This document shows, piece by piece, positions 26,514-35,993 of a DNA stretch of 64,000 bases (positions within the stretch are counted from its first letter, which is position 1; every line of letters starts with the position of its first letter). Below the pieces are notes generated by a model. That model searched no databases. It was not told where the DNA came from and saw only the letters and a list, made by a program, of their open reading frames with translations. Origin of the DNA: a virus; the IMG/VR virus record IMGVR_UViG_3300009103_000012, positions 1 to 64,000 of that record; one strand, given 5' to 3'. Made by a program: the position numbers and the translations under genes.

Positions 26514-27509
26514 TCAGTCGTTTAGTAAACCAGCAAGTTTACGCCAGCGTTCAAGAACAAGATCACCCTCAACGTGCTGCGACTCTTTTGCTGTGTTGCC
26601 CTTCATGGCCCATCCTGTCTCTTCTTCTGCACCATAAGGTTCATTTACATCAACTTCACCTGCCGAGAGAGCTGCCACTGCTTCGGGAACATCAGGCTCA
26701 TCAATAACGGGCATATCTTCACGAGTAGGGGCGCCTGAAGGAAGATCAAACGCCACAGCGCCAAGATTCTCAACAAACTTATCGACAGCGGCGTCAACGG
26801 CAGCCTCGCCGGTCTCATCGGTAAACTTTTCAATTGCTGCCTGAACAGCTGCAGGGTCCATCTGGTATGCACCATTTGCAAGATACTTTTCTAATTGGGC
26901 GCGAATCGGAGCTTCTTTAAATTGATCGAAGCCTCCAGTCGCCGCCTTACCAGCAGTCACACCAAAGCGGCCGACTGTCAAAGCATTCAAGACAGGAATC
27001 AATTTATCAGCTGGAAAATCAACGCTATATCCACCAATCTGTGCAGAGGGATCCACCATGGCAGTAGCAACCCACCGATGGTGACCATCCATAATGTGTT
27101 TATCGTTAGAAATAAATGCGCCCAATTCGCCACCGGCTTGGTCGTCTCTGATCATACCAAGCGCCATGCTAAGTGCCTTCTCAATATTCATGCTTGACTG
27201 GGAAGGCTTCAGGTCGGACACGGAAAAAGAAGCGCCACCGACTCCAATAACGTCATCTGCGGACCCGCCATCTGTCGCGTCCTTACCAGACGAAGTAATC
27301 GCGTGGGCCTTATTGGGGTCACCAGCAACAGATGAGAGAGGAAGCGGAAATCGATCCGTATCGACCTTCTTGGGGTCTGCATCTTCTTTCAAGACTTCTC
27401 GGATTTCATTTAAGATTACACTACGAAGCTGGTTACCACCAAGCTTAATAGCTCCTTTTTGTGCGGGCTGCATTCCAAAAACTTCTTTTAGAGTTTTATT
27501 TCTTTTCAT
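26514..27509 (-). CDS. ParB/Srx-fold protein with leader
   Basis: DLKPSQ...IMDGHHRW; QLRSVILNEIREVLKE; C-terminal ERWRKLAGL. Confidence 0.7.
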   Translation of the reverse strand: MKRNKTLKEVFGMQPAQKGAIKLGGNQLRSVILNEIREVLKEDADPKKVDTDRFPLPLSSVAGDPNKAHAITSSGKDATDGGSADDVIGVGGASFSVSDLKPSQSSMNIEKALSMALGMIRDDQAGGELGAFISNDKHIMDGHHRWVATAMVDPSAQIGGYSVDFPADKLIPVLNALTVGRFGVTAGKAATGGFDQFKEAPIRAQLEKYLANGAYQMDPAAVQAAIEKFTDETGEAAVDAAVDKFVENLGAVAFDLPSGAPTREDMPVIDEPDVPEAVAALSAGEVDVNEPYGAEEETGWAMKGNTAKESQHVEGDLVLERWRKLAGLLND

Positions 27510-27553
27510 TTGTATCCCCTATGCGGTCGATATTACTTCATTAAATATTCAGT

Positions 27554-27973
27554 CTAATCCAAATATTCCTTAAGTCGGTGAGCAATCTCTTCCTCTGGCG
27601 ACTCTGATGTCAAAATCTCTTTTATGTTTTTTTTCTTCTCTTCATCAAGAGACCCAATTTTTTTCTTATACTTCTCTTCTGCTTCCTTATTGGCAGATAA
27701 AAAAGTTTCCAAATTTTTCTTTAACGCTTCTCGTTCCTTTTCAGTCGCCTCTTGTTCTCCAGCGACCAGAGCATCAATAAGCTTGTTCTTTTCTTCCAGA
27801 GCTTTTGCTGCATCTCTAGAGCCACGAGTTAGGGTTAACATACCCAGGACCCCCACAAGAACCCCTATCAATAATTCCCACCGCTCTTTACAGAATTCGA
27901 TAAAAGACTTCCACGCAGATATAGTCCAGGCCTTCAAAGCTAACCACGTCAACATTATCTGCCGTGTCTCCAC
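27554..27973 (-). CDS. Single-TM coiled-coil protein
   Basis: LLIGVLVGVLGMLTL followed by coiled coil. Confidence 0.6.
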   Translation of the reverse strand: METRQIMLTWLALKAWTISAWKSFIEFCKERWELLIGVLVGVLGMLTLTRGSRDAAKALEEKNKLIDALVAGEQEATEKEREALKKNLETFLSANKEAEEKYKKKIGSLDEEKKKNIKEILTSESPEEEIAHRLKEYLD

Positions 27974-28197
27974 GCGATGGCAGCATCAATAACTGATTGA
28001 CCACCGATATAAATCATAGCGATCATTCCCCATGTCTCGCTATCAAGACCAGCCCAGGCTAAAAGTCCGGTAGCTGTTAAGAATACAAAAAACTTTCTTG
28101 AGATAATCCTCCCGACTATCTTGTCAACTATCCCAAGCTTCTCGCCTTCCATTGCTGCTTTTGCTTCCAGCAAATCAATTTCATTATCGCCCATCAT
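27955..28197 (-). CDS. Small 2-TM holin-like protein
   Basis: SRKFFVFLTATGLL / WGMIAMIYIGGQSVID. Confidence 0.5.
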   Translation of the reverse strand: MMGDNEIDLLEAKAAMEGEKLGIVDKIVGRIISRKFFVFLTATGLLAWAGLDSETWGMIAMIYIGGQSVIDAAIAWRHGR

Positions 28198-28231
28198 AAC
28201 CTCTCAATTATAACACTAAATATGGATGAAG

Positions 28232-28498
28232 TTAATTATCGTCTCTATTCTGACCTGAAGAAAAACCAAACATCATCTGGGAAGGATCAATGTCTTGCAA
28301 AAAATGCGCGACCATTTCTTGTATATTCCGGACATCATTGGCTACAAGATCATTATTTCTTGAAATGGCAACAATAGCCGACTGAAGATTCTGCAATGTT
28401 AATGCTAAAGATCGATAATCTCTCTCAAGTTGAAGAATTCGCTCTTTGGCTTCTTCCAATTCTTTGGCTTTTTTACTTCTCCACGGCCACCACGACAT
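28232..28498 (-). CDS. Hypothetical coiled-coil protein
   Basis: ORF track. Confidence 0.6.
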   Translation of the reverse strand: MSWWPWRSKKAKELEEAKERILQLERDYRSLALTLQNLQSAIVAISRNNDLVANDVRNIQEMVAHFLQDIDPSQMMFGFSSGQNRDDN

Positions 28499-28499
28499 A

Positions 28500-28787
28500 T
28501 CATTTCTCCTCAGAAGAATCCTTCAGCGTATCATACATTTCGATTACATCAAATACGCTTTCTGCATCTGTACCAACAACTTTTCGTAACTCTTTGTTTG
28601 ACTTTTCATCCGCAAGCTTGTCTACTATTTTAACCAAAGCTGGATCTCCGTTAACGAGACGAGAAATAAGACCGTCTACAATCTCTTGCATCGATAGCTT
28701 TTTTCTAAAAGCGAGCACCCGAAATTCAGCATGGGTTTCAGTAAGAAGATTAAAGTGGACTGACTTCTTTTTAACCCAATTACTCAT
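28500..28787 (-). CDS. Ribbon-helix-helix-like DNA-binding protein
   Basis: KSVHFNL..ETHAEFRVLA...LSMQEIVDGLI. Confidence 0.6.
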   Translation of the reverse strand: MSNWVKKKSVHFNLLTETHAEFRVLAFRKKLSMQEIVDGLISRLVNGDPALVKIVDKLADEKSNKELRKVVGTDAESVFDVIEMYDTLKDSSEEK

Positions 28788-29443
28788 GGACCAGCTGCAG
28801 CTGTGGCCCCTACCGCAATGGGAACCTGTTCATCATATTCTTCTTGTTTCGCGGCATGGTCTTCTTTCTTTCTAATATCATGACGTGTGGCAAGGAGTTC
28901 TCCAACTTCATCGGCAATCTCTTCACCATACTTGTCTAATAAAAAGCTTCTAGCTTTAGACATAATCAATTCTTCAATGTCAAAAAACGCGTCAAAGTTT
29001 AAGATTAGCCTTGCGGTCTCGGCAGCGAAACGATCTACATCAATCGTAACTTCATCTGCCTCTCTTAACAGCATCCTCTTAAGAGAATAACTTTCCTCTT
29101 GTACTTGAGCGCTCTTAATTGAGTCAGATTCAATATCAATAAAAATAGCCTGAAGTTGATCATCTAAAGACTTACCGAAACGAACCTCATCTTCTTCTTC
29201 AGCTTTTGGACCCTCGTCCTCTTCAGCCTCGCCTCCACCTTCGTCGTCGCCACCTTCTTCTTCACCACCCTCTTCTTCACCACCTTCTTCTTCACCACCG
29301 AATGGATCATCTCCACCTTCTTCTTCGCCGCCGGCCTCTTCTTCGCCGCCGCCTTCTTCTTCGCCACCAAATGGGTCGTCCTGCTCCAGCAAAGTACCTT
29401 TGTATGCTTTACGAAAATAATCTTTTAGTTGGTCTCTCTTCAT
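28784..29443 (-). CDS. Acidic putative virion protein with GGEEE repeats
   Basis: QLKDYFRKAYKGTLLE leader; LKRMLLRE. Confidence 0.7.
   Translation of the reverse strand: MKRDQLKDYFRKAYKGTLLEQDDPFGGEEEGGGEEEAGGEEEGGDDPFGGEEEGGEEEGGEEEGGDDEGGGEAEEDEGPKAEEEDEVRFGKSLDDQLQAIFIDIESDSIKSAQVQEESYSLKRMLLREADEVTIDVDRFAAETARLILNFDAFFDIEELIMSKARSFLLDKYGEEIADEVGELLATRHDIRKKEDHAAKQEEYDEQVPIAVGATAAAGP
29233..29380. repeat. Imperfect ~15-bp tandem repeats encoding (GGEEE)n and two DDPF units
   Basis: CACCTTCTTCTTCAC-type units read directly. Confidence 0.85.
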
Positions 29444-30159
29444 TTTTCGCTCCCTAAGCCGGCTGAAAATAGTTTTGCAAGTTTATCTGCTCTTTTTACT
29501 CGTGCGTTAACAAGCTCCCAATTAAGCTCTTTCATCATCGCGAAAATATACTTTTTACGATCATTAAGATAGTCTCTGAAATATGCTCTTTCCTGTACTG
29601 ATAATACAATAATCGGTACAGAGCACATCGGGATCCCTACTTCATTACCATCAATGAATATATTCATATAACGATTTAGAAAGCCATTATACACTGTACA
29701 TACCCATCCATCCCGGGAAGCCATTCCACATGCAATAAAGTCTTTCTGCCAATCTTCAAACGTACCAAAATCACGTGTAAGTCTCATATATGCTAAACTA
29801 TCCATTGAAATCTTGGATGTTGGATCTGCTATATTATCGAAATAATAAGCTGAAAGAAATGAGCCATTCATATTGAAGGCCTCCTCCTGCTTAATCCCTC
29901 TAAACGAAGAGTCTTTAGAATTCGACTCCGATCGGTCAACAGAATCCAGCTTTGCGGAAACGTCATTTAAGGCGTCAACATATTCATGTAAATTTTCCAC
30001 ATTTGCCTTGATAGCTTTCTCACTAAGCATATCAGTATTAATTTCATAATTCTTTGCTTGGACAACATAAGATTCTGAAAGGGGCTGCTGCGGTTTCTCT
30101 GAGTCCTTATAGAGCGTCTCATTTATCGCTCTCAATATTTCTTTCTCATTTATTGGCAT
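29440..30159 (-). CDS. Fe/Mn superoxide dismutase-fold protein lacking metal ligands
   Basis: RDFGTFEDW, GW, PIIVLSVQERAYFRDY (vs LDVWEHAYYLDY), LNWELV. Confidence 0.75.
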   Translation of the reverse strand: MPINEKEILRAINETLYKDSEKPQQPLSESYVVQAKNYEINTDMLSEKAIKANVENLHEYVDALNDVSAKLDSVDRSESNSKDSSFRGIKQEEAFNMNGSFLSAYYFDNIADPTSKISMDSLAYMRLTRDFGTFEDWQKDFIACGMASRDGWVCTVYNGFLNRYMNIFIDGNEVGIPMCSVPIIVLSVQERAYFRDYLNDRKKYIFAMMKELNWELVNARVKRADKLAKLFSAGLGSEK

Positions 30160-30161
30160 GT

Positions 30162-30623
30162 TTAATCCACCTCGTATTCTTTTTCAAACTCTTCTTGATC
30201 GATCACAAAAACAACTTCATCCTGTGGCTCTTCATCTGCGATTTGCGCGATTGCTTGAACCTGGGCATCTACATCGACCGGGTCCGATTCAGGATCTAAT
30301 AAATCTGGAATTCGTGGGTCGGCTTCATCTTCATTCAATTGACCCATATCATCTGGTCCGCCTAATACTTCTTCACCACCACCAGGAGGATCAAAACGTG
30401 GTTCTTCTGGTTCACGTAAAATAATCTGAACCTTTCCAGGTTTATCACCTTTTACATGTGCAATTGTGTATTCATACCCAGACTTTTTATGGCGTACCTT
30501 CAGGTCGGGTGCAAGAATTAGATTTCCTCTATCATCAAAAACATCAGACTCGCCCATAACTTCATTCAGGCGATTATTGTACTCAAACTTTAGTACCTCT
30601 AATAAAAAAGCTGCATCTGCCAT
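30162..30623 (-). CDS. Acidic hypothetical protein
   Basis: ORF track; coupled. Confidence 0.65.
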   Translation of the reverse strand: MADAAFLLEVLKFEYNNRLNEVMGESDVFDDRGNLILAPDLKVRHKKSGYEYTIAHVKGDKPGKVQIILREPEEPRFDPPGGGEEVLGGPDDMGQLNEDEADPRIPDLLDPESDPVDVDAQVQAIAQIADEEPQDEVVFVIDQEEFEKEYEVD

Positions 30624-32635
30624 TATTTGCTCCGAATTCCTGCTAACACTTCCCAGCGCGCTGACTCAATTAACATTCCATGACGCCCGAACTTTCTATC
30701 CAGATGGTGGTATACGGTCTTTCGTAACATACCACGAGTGAGTCGAACATTATTTTCTGACGTCACTTTTAACATTTGAGCGGCGATCTGTGGAATTAAC
30801 TCTGAAAGAGAATCAAAATTCTTCTTTGCGAAACGCTTACTCTTCATTAGCGTCTCTTCATGTTCACCACGCCAGATATCAATAGCCGCCTGAACCTCAC
30901 CCTCAATAGCCTTGGCAGCATCTTCTAGAGCGGTATTGACCAAACCCTTTAATCCACCAATACGATCCTTCGCAGTCAGAGATTGTTGAGATGATTTTGA
31001 TAATCCACCCATCCAATTATCTAAGGCTGCTGCAACAGCAACGGCAGGTGGGACTTCTTCAGCTGCAGCTTCTTTAGCGGCTGATTCAAGCTCTGCTTGC
31101 GCAGTCTCTTGTTCTTCCTCAGCTTCCTCTTCAGAGGCCGGAGCACCCTCTTCACCTTCAGCTCCTTCTTCACCCGCTGCAATTGCGATGGCTTTATCTA
31201 GAAGCTCTTGGTCATTCACGTCGGTTGCCCATGCTGTTATTTCTTCCTCGCCCGGTTCCAGGCCGGAGGATTTACCTACGGTTGAAAATGCGGCAATGAC
31301 ATCTTCAAAAGGAATACCCTCTTCTTCCTCAAATAATAGCGTCATTAAGGTACTTTCATGGATTGCAGCTCCGGGACGAGAGTAATGGGCAGCAAAAATC
31401 TTGCTGGCCTCTTCATCACTAAGCATATTCTTTACAAGTTCATCACCACCATCACCCAGGTGTTTGGTACCGAGATCAGCAAGTGCGTCTAAATTCTTAA
31501 AAGTCGATGCAACTTCCTCATCTGCTGCATCATCAGCTTGGTCAGCAACGTCTGCAACTTGTTCAGGTGTCGCGGCATCAGGACCAGCCCCAAACAGCTG
31601 AAGGATCAGAGCTACAATCTGTTGCTGTCTTGGTGATAATGCATCAAGCTTACCCCCAATACCAGCTTCAACTGCGGCGGCATCAGATGGCTCTAAAACT
31701 TTTTGTGCTGAGGCGAGCGTTTCTTTTGCAACGTCAGGATTCTTTTTGAGAACCTCAGCGCCTTGTGCTGCAGCTTTCATATCAGCCTTACCAGATGCTG
31801 CGGCGTCTGCTCCGCCCTGAGCCTGTGCGGCGGCGGCGGATGCTTCGGCTGTCTCTGCACCGATATCTTCTGTCACACCCACAAGCTCTTGCTGCAATGA
31901 CTGAAGGTTTATTGCAGCAAACTCCTCAAAGGGAGAAGACATAATAGCTGCTACCACCATATCATCAGCTACAATATTTCCTGAATCATCACCACCGAAA
32001 AGTTTACCTATAAACCCCATGACCTTCTTAAAGAAGCCACCGCTCTCTGCTTCAGCTTCTTTCGACCCAGCTTCCCATGCCTTATTAAACCAGTCTGGAA
32101 CAACATATGTTTTTTCGACAGCTTTCTTAATATCATCAGGTGTTGGAAAGTCTGGTGCGTCGTCGCCGCCTTCGTCAGCTGCATTAGCGAGATCGCCGAC
32201 TGTTTTCGTTCCATCTTCAACCTTGGACTTACCAATCTCACCCTTCACAGCCTCGATACACTGGATTAGCGCAGCTGCTTCGCCCATTAGATCTTGAACG
32301 GTTTTCGTTATGTTGGCAGCTGCGTCGGCCCGAGCTTTGGGGTCGGCTTTCTCGTCGTACATGGCATCGCCGCCAGTAATTTCAACACCGCCCAGTGCAT
32401 CAACGAGGGCACTCCACTCAGGTGTATCTGGTGTGGCGTCGCCAATCTGGCCAAGAATGGACGTTGCTTGATCTACTGCAGTATTCCACTCTGCCTTATC
32501 TTTATCATCAAGCGCTTCTGTAAGAAGCGTCTCTAACTCACCAGCAGCCAAAAAATGTTCTGCGAATAGATCAACTTGTGTCTTAATAAACGCCTTCGAG
32601 CATTGCTTCGAAAGGTTATGTATAATCCCACTCAT
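30623..32635 (-). CDS. Large acidic Ala-rich putative internal head protein
   Basis: Start moved to ATG 32635 (GGAG RBS); LLTE, LLFE, LIE sites; C-terminal RWEVLAGI. Confidence 0.6.
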   Translation of the reverse strand: MSGIIHNLSKQCSKAFIKTQVDLFAEHFLAAGELETLLTEALDDKDKAEWNTAVDQATSILGQIGDATPDTPEWSALVDALGGVEITGGDAMYDEKADPKARADAAANITKTVQDLMGEAAALIQCIEAVKGEIGKSKVEDGTKTVGDLANAADEGGDDAPDFPTPDDIKKAVEKTYVVPDWFNKAWEAGSKEAEAESGGFFKKVMGFIGKLFGGDDSGNIVADDMVVAAIMSSPFEEFAAINLQSLQQELVGVTEDIGAETAEASAAAAQAQGGADAAASGKADMKAAAQGAEVLKKNPDVAKETLASAQKVLEPSDAAAVEAGIGGKLDALSPRQQQIVALILQLFGAGPDAATPEQVADVADQADDAADEEVASTFKNLDALADLGTKHLGDGGDELVKNMLSDEEASKIFAAHYSRPGAAIHESTLMTLLFEEEEGIPFEDVIAAFSTVGKSSGLEPGEEEITAWATDVNDQELLDKAIAIAAGEEGAEGEEGAPASEEEAEEEQETAQAELESAAKEAAAEEVPPAVAVAAALDNWMGGLSKSSQQSLTAKDRIGGLKGLVNTALEDAAKAIEGEVQAAIDIWRGEHEETLMKSKRFAKKNFDSLSELIPQIAAQMLKVTSENNVRLTRGMLRKTVYHHLDRKFGRHGMLIESARWEVLAGIRSK

Positions 32636-32698
32636 GTCTTGGAACTCCAATTAATAATATAGCGCTTACAAGTAAATATGGAGTAAATATCACTGGTG

Positions 32699-33118
32699 CT
32701 ACGTTCTATAGCGCCTAACTGTGACTCCTGCGGACTTAAGTAGGTCAACTCCAGACATATCCCTATATTCTTCGTCAAAAACCACTTCCGAGATCCCGCC
32801 ATTGATCATTGCTTTCGCACACATCTTGCATGGACTAAGAGTCACATACATGATTTTTCTTCCGCGAATATTATAGTCGCACTTCAGCAATGCGTTAATC
32901 TCAGCATGGATCATTCCTGAATTTCCAGGCTCAGTGGACTCCACTTCATTAGGTCCACCAGAATAATTACCGTTATATCCCACGGCAAGAACCTGTGTAT
33001 TCTCCTTTGTCACAATAACGGCACCGACCTGATATCGAGGGTCGTAAGATCTACGAGATATGGAATGGGCAAAGCCCATCCATATCTCATCCCACTCTGG
33101 TCTACCACCCAAGCTCAT
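32699..33118 (-). CDS. dCMP deaminase
   Basis: VGAVIV, GYNG, IHAEINAL, TLSPCKMC. Confidence 0.9.
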   Translation of the reverse strand: MSLGGRPEWDEIWMGFAHSISRRSYDPRYQVGAVIVTKENTQVLAVGYNGNYSGGPNEVESTEPGNSGMIHAEINALLKCDYNIRGRKIMYVTLSPCKMCAKAMINGGISEVVFDEEYRDMSGVDLLKSAGVTVRRYRT

Positions 33119-33695
33119 TCAAATACCTCTTAAGATTTTCACAACTTTCAACCTCATCACCCCAAGCAGACCAGCCTGGATTCTGATGTCTTGCAAAAAG
33201 CTCCACCTTACTTTGGTCCGGAAACATCTGCTCAATTCGAGCTCGTACTTCATCTGGCTTCTTACTATGCTCTTCGCGGAGGTGCTCAAGATATTGTCTT
33301 ATATTTCTCGCGCCACGGGGACGAGGAATCTTTCCATTCTTCCCAACAAGACAAAGCTCACACTGGGACATTGTATAAAAGCCGGGATTGACTCGCATTT
33401 TATTCCATACAAACCCAACGGTCGCATATTTCAAACCCCAACTTTTTAGAAGCTCGATGCCTTGATCAAGATGAGGATTTGTCACCCACATAAATACCAA
33501 CGCATCCTCATTCATGAGTTTTTGCATTGGAAACTGCTTTAGCTGCTTTAGCTTGAGTGTACCATAATGCTTGCGAGCGCCACCTGTATCACCCATTCCA
33601 GGCTTACTATGTTGGAGCTGGCCTTTGTAATCCCATGGTGGATCAAGGTAGACAATGTCATACCTCGGACTCGGCTGTGTCAAAAAGTTCTTCAA
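33102..33695 (-). CDS. MT-A70 family N6-adenine methyltransferase
   Basis: DIVYLDPPW, FMWVTNP, WNK, EHSKKPD, ELFAR; TTG start with GGAG RBS. Confidence 0.9.
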   Translation of the reverse strand: MKNFLTQPSPRYDIVYLDPPWDYKGQLQHSKPGMGDTGGARKHYGTLKLKQLKQFPMQKLMNEDALVFMWVTNPHLDQGIELLKSWGLKYATVGFVWNKMRVNPGFYTMSQCELCLVGKNGKIPRPRGARNIRQYLEHLREEHSKKPDEVRARIEQMFPDQSKVELFARHQNPGWSAWGDEVESCENLKRYLNELGW

Positions 33696-34512
33696 TGTGT
33701 TTCTCCTTAGGTAAAGTAAATCCCGCTGCTTTCTTGTGACCGCCGCCGCCAAATTGCTTTGCAATCTCAGAAACATCAACGCTATCGTGAAAAGCCCTTA
33801 AGCTAACCTTCGTTATTTCATCTTCATGATCCCAATACCAGATCATTGCAAAATCACAATCAGGGGCTAAACGAGCACCAATCTCGGACATCCAGTGAGA
33901 TGCATTTACTACCAGCACCTCTTTTCCGCCCATCTTACGAGGTTGCGCTTTTTCACAAACTTTTTTGACAACCGTCTTGCTGTATGCAAGAATGTAAGAT
34001 CCGCGCTTACACGCATCGTCAAAAACAGAATCATCTTCGAACTTCTCGAACTCCTCAAATTCAAACGGCACCATATCAAATGCTGCGCTGAACTCTTTGG
34101 AATATTCAAGTTTCCACTCCCAGAGATCGCGATCCTGGATATACTTTATGAACTTTGGCGGCTCTTTCCCTGGATGGAAATATTCCCATGCAAGCATCGC
34201 ACCGCTCTTCGTCATATCAAACCGAGTATTTGAGATATCGTGAAGCTCGACCATGGCTGATTTGTGGTGATCAATGATCAGTAGATTTTTAGCTTTCTTT
34301 ATCATCTTCTTGATCGTTGACTTACCCCAAGAAAAATCAAGAATTACAACGTTTTTTCCTTTTACATCTGGAGGAGTGGTACCATGCTTACATGCATAAT
34401 ATTCTGCTCGATTTCCAAGTTGTTTCCAAGCAGAGTAAGCTGCGCCGAAACCGTCTGTGCAGTCTGCATGATAAATCACTACGTTAACCGAATTTGGGTC
34501 CATTGAACTCAT
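33658..34512 (-). CDS. DHH/DHHA1 phosphoesterase
   Basis: YHADCTDG, ILDFS, IDHH, SLR, GGGGHKKAAG. Confidence 0.9.
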   Translation of the reverse strand: MSSMDPNSVNVVIYHADCTDGFGAAYSAWKQLGNRAEYYACKHGTTPPDVKGKNVVILDFSWGKSTIKKMIKKAKNLLIIDHHKSAMVELHDISNTRFDMTKSGAMLAWEYFHPGKEPPKFIKYIQDRDLWEWKLEYSKEFSAAFDMVPFEFEEFEKFEDDSVFDDACKRGSYILAYSKTVVKKVCEKAQPRKMGGKEVLVVNASHWMSEIGARLAPDCDFAMIWYWDHEDEITKVSLRAFHDSVDVSEIAKQFGGGGHKKAAGFTLPKEKHIEELFDTAESEV

Positions 34513-34532
34513 AGTATTCCCGGGATAGATTT

Positions 34533-34973
34533 TTAATTATCATTTTCTTTGTTCGGGTGCACAAAAACATACTTTCCACTTTCATCAACTTCACGCCCAT
34601 AATCGTCTTCCAACCGAACAGGAGAGGAAGAATCAGTACCTGAAGAAATTTCAAAAACAACACTGTCATCCATTGCTGTCAATCGATACGCACACCCTGC
34701 TTGAACATTTATTATTTCACCAGGTCCCAACGTTACAACTCGAGCAGGATAAAGCACATGATCTAAGAAGTGTCTTTCATCTGCAATTTCAGCACTGATC
34801 AGACCACTCTGAACATATAAGACTTCTTGTTTCGATCTGTGAAATTTTAAGCTTGTCCGATGACCTGCTCTCAAATGAATTTCTTTGCCGTGGAAAATAC
34901 CATTCCACTGGATCTCATAACCCCATGGCTTCTTTGTCGCTGATGATCTTCCTGGCCAAATGCACCTATTCAT
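34533..34973 (-). CDS. Cupin, mannose-6-phosphate isomerase type II-like
   Basis: KPWGYE, SLKFHRSKQE, RLEDDYGR. Confidence 0.75.
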   Translation of the reverse strand: MNRCIWPGRSSATKKPWGYEIQWNGIFHGKEIHLRAGHRTSLKFHRSKQEVLYVQSGLISAEIADERHFLDHVLYPARVVTLGPGEIINVQAGCAYRLTAMDDSVVFEISSGTDSSSPVRLEDDYGREVDESGKYVFVHPNKENDN

Positions 34974-35989
34974 TAATCGATTAGCTCCCACCATTGAAGC
35001 GTTTTTCTTAGCCCATCCCAAAATTGCTTACGGGGATGCCAGCCAAGATCTTCGCTAATCTTATTTATACAGCCCAATGTATGCTTAACATCACCTGCCC
35101 TCTCTGGAGCATGAGTAATGGTTAGGTCAGGAAAATACTCTTCCAGCACTCCTAAAATCTGATTATTCGATACCGACGCACCAGTAGCGACATTATACAT
35201 CTGAAACCCTAAATACGCAGGGTGGTCGGCTGCGGCAATCATGGCTTGAGCAACGTCTTTAACATAAATCATATCTCTCGTCTGCTCACCGTCTCCATCA
35301 CTTCGAAGAGGGTCACCATTCTTTATACGAGCACACCATGCTGCAACAGCAGTAGAATATGGAGAATCTCCCAGTTGGCCTGGACCGTATACATTAAAGA
35401 ATCTTAACGCAACAAAATCCATCCCGTAGAGTGTAGTATACATCTCAGCGAATTGCTCAACCACAAGCTTTTGTAATCCGTAAGGAGACGTAGGATCCTC
35501 CGCTTCTTCTTCTGTCGTTGGTAAACTGGCAACCTCCCCGTAACAAGCAGACGATGATGCAAATACAAATCGTTCTATCTTGTTAATCGCGGCGGACATT
35601 AATTCAATTGTCTTCTGAACATTTGTGTGGGTCGTTAATGCTGGATATTTAACAGAATATTCAACTCGTGGATTCGCAGCGAGGTGAAAAATCACGTCAT
35701 AATCGCCGGCGGCGACACGAGACAAAATCTGTCCTGCTGCAAAATCAGCCGTGATAACTAGAAGCTCGCCAGCCAATGGAATACCGGCTTGCTCATCATA
35801 CAGGTGAAGCATTCCTTCTGTAACTGTACGATGTCGCATACCCTCCAAAGTGGAAAGATCACCATTCGAGAGATCATCGACACCCTCAACATACCACCCA
35901 GCTTCTACAAGCTGACGTGTCACATGGCTTCCTATAAAACCGCAACACCCCGTCACTAGTGCTTTACGTAAACGCACAAAATCCTCCAA
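34973..35989 (-). CDS. NAD-dependent nucleotide-sugar epimerase/dehydratase (GalE/WbpP-like)
   Basis: TGCCGFIG, HLAA, ASSSACYG, YGLQK, RFFNVYGP, GDGEQTRD. Confidence 0.9.
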   Translation of the reverse strand: MEDFVRLRKALVTGCCGFIGSHVTRQLVEAGWYVEGVDDLSNGDLSTLEGMRHRTVTEGMLHLYDEQAGIPLAGELLVITADFAAGQILSRVAAGDYDVIFHLAANPRVEYSVKYPALTTHTNVQKTIELMSAAINKIERFVFASSSACYGEVASLPTTEEEAEDPTSPYGLQKLVVEQFAEMYTTLYGMDFVALRFFNVYGPGQLGDSPYSTAVAAWCARIKNGDPLRSDGDGEQTRDMIYVKDVAQAMIAAADHPAYLGFQMYNVATGASVSNNQILGVLEEYFPDLTITHAPERAGDVKHTLGCINKISEDLGWHPRKQFWDGLRKTLQWWELID

Positions 35990-35993
35990 TTCT

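Noticed and set aside
23762-29380. CRISPR array or non-coding repeats
   Set aside because: The repeats are in-frame codon repeats for Glu/Gly tracts with no repeat-spacer structure.
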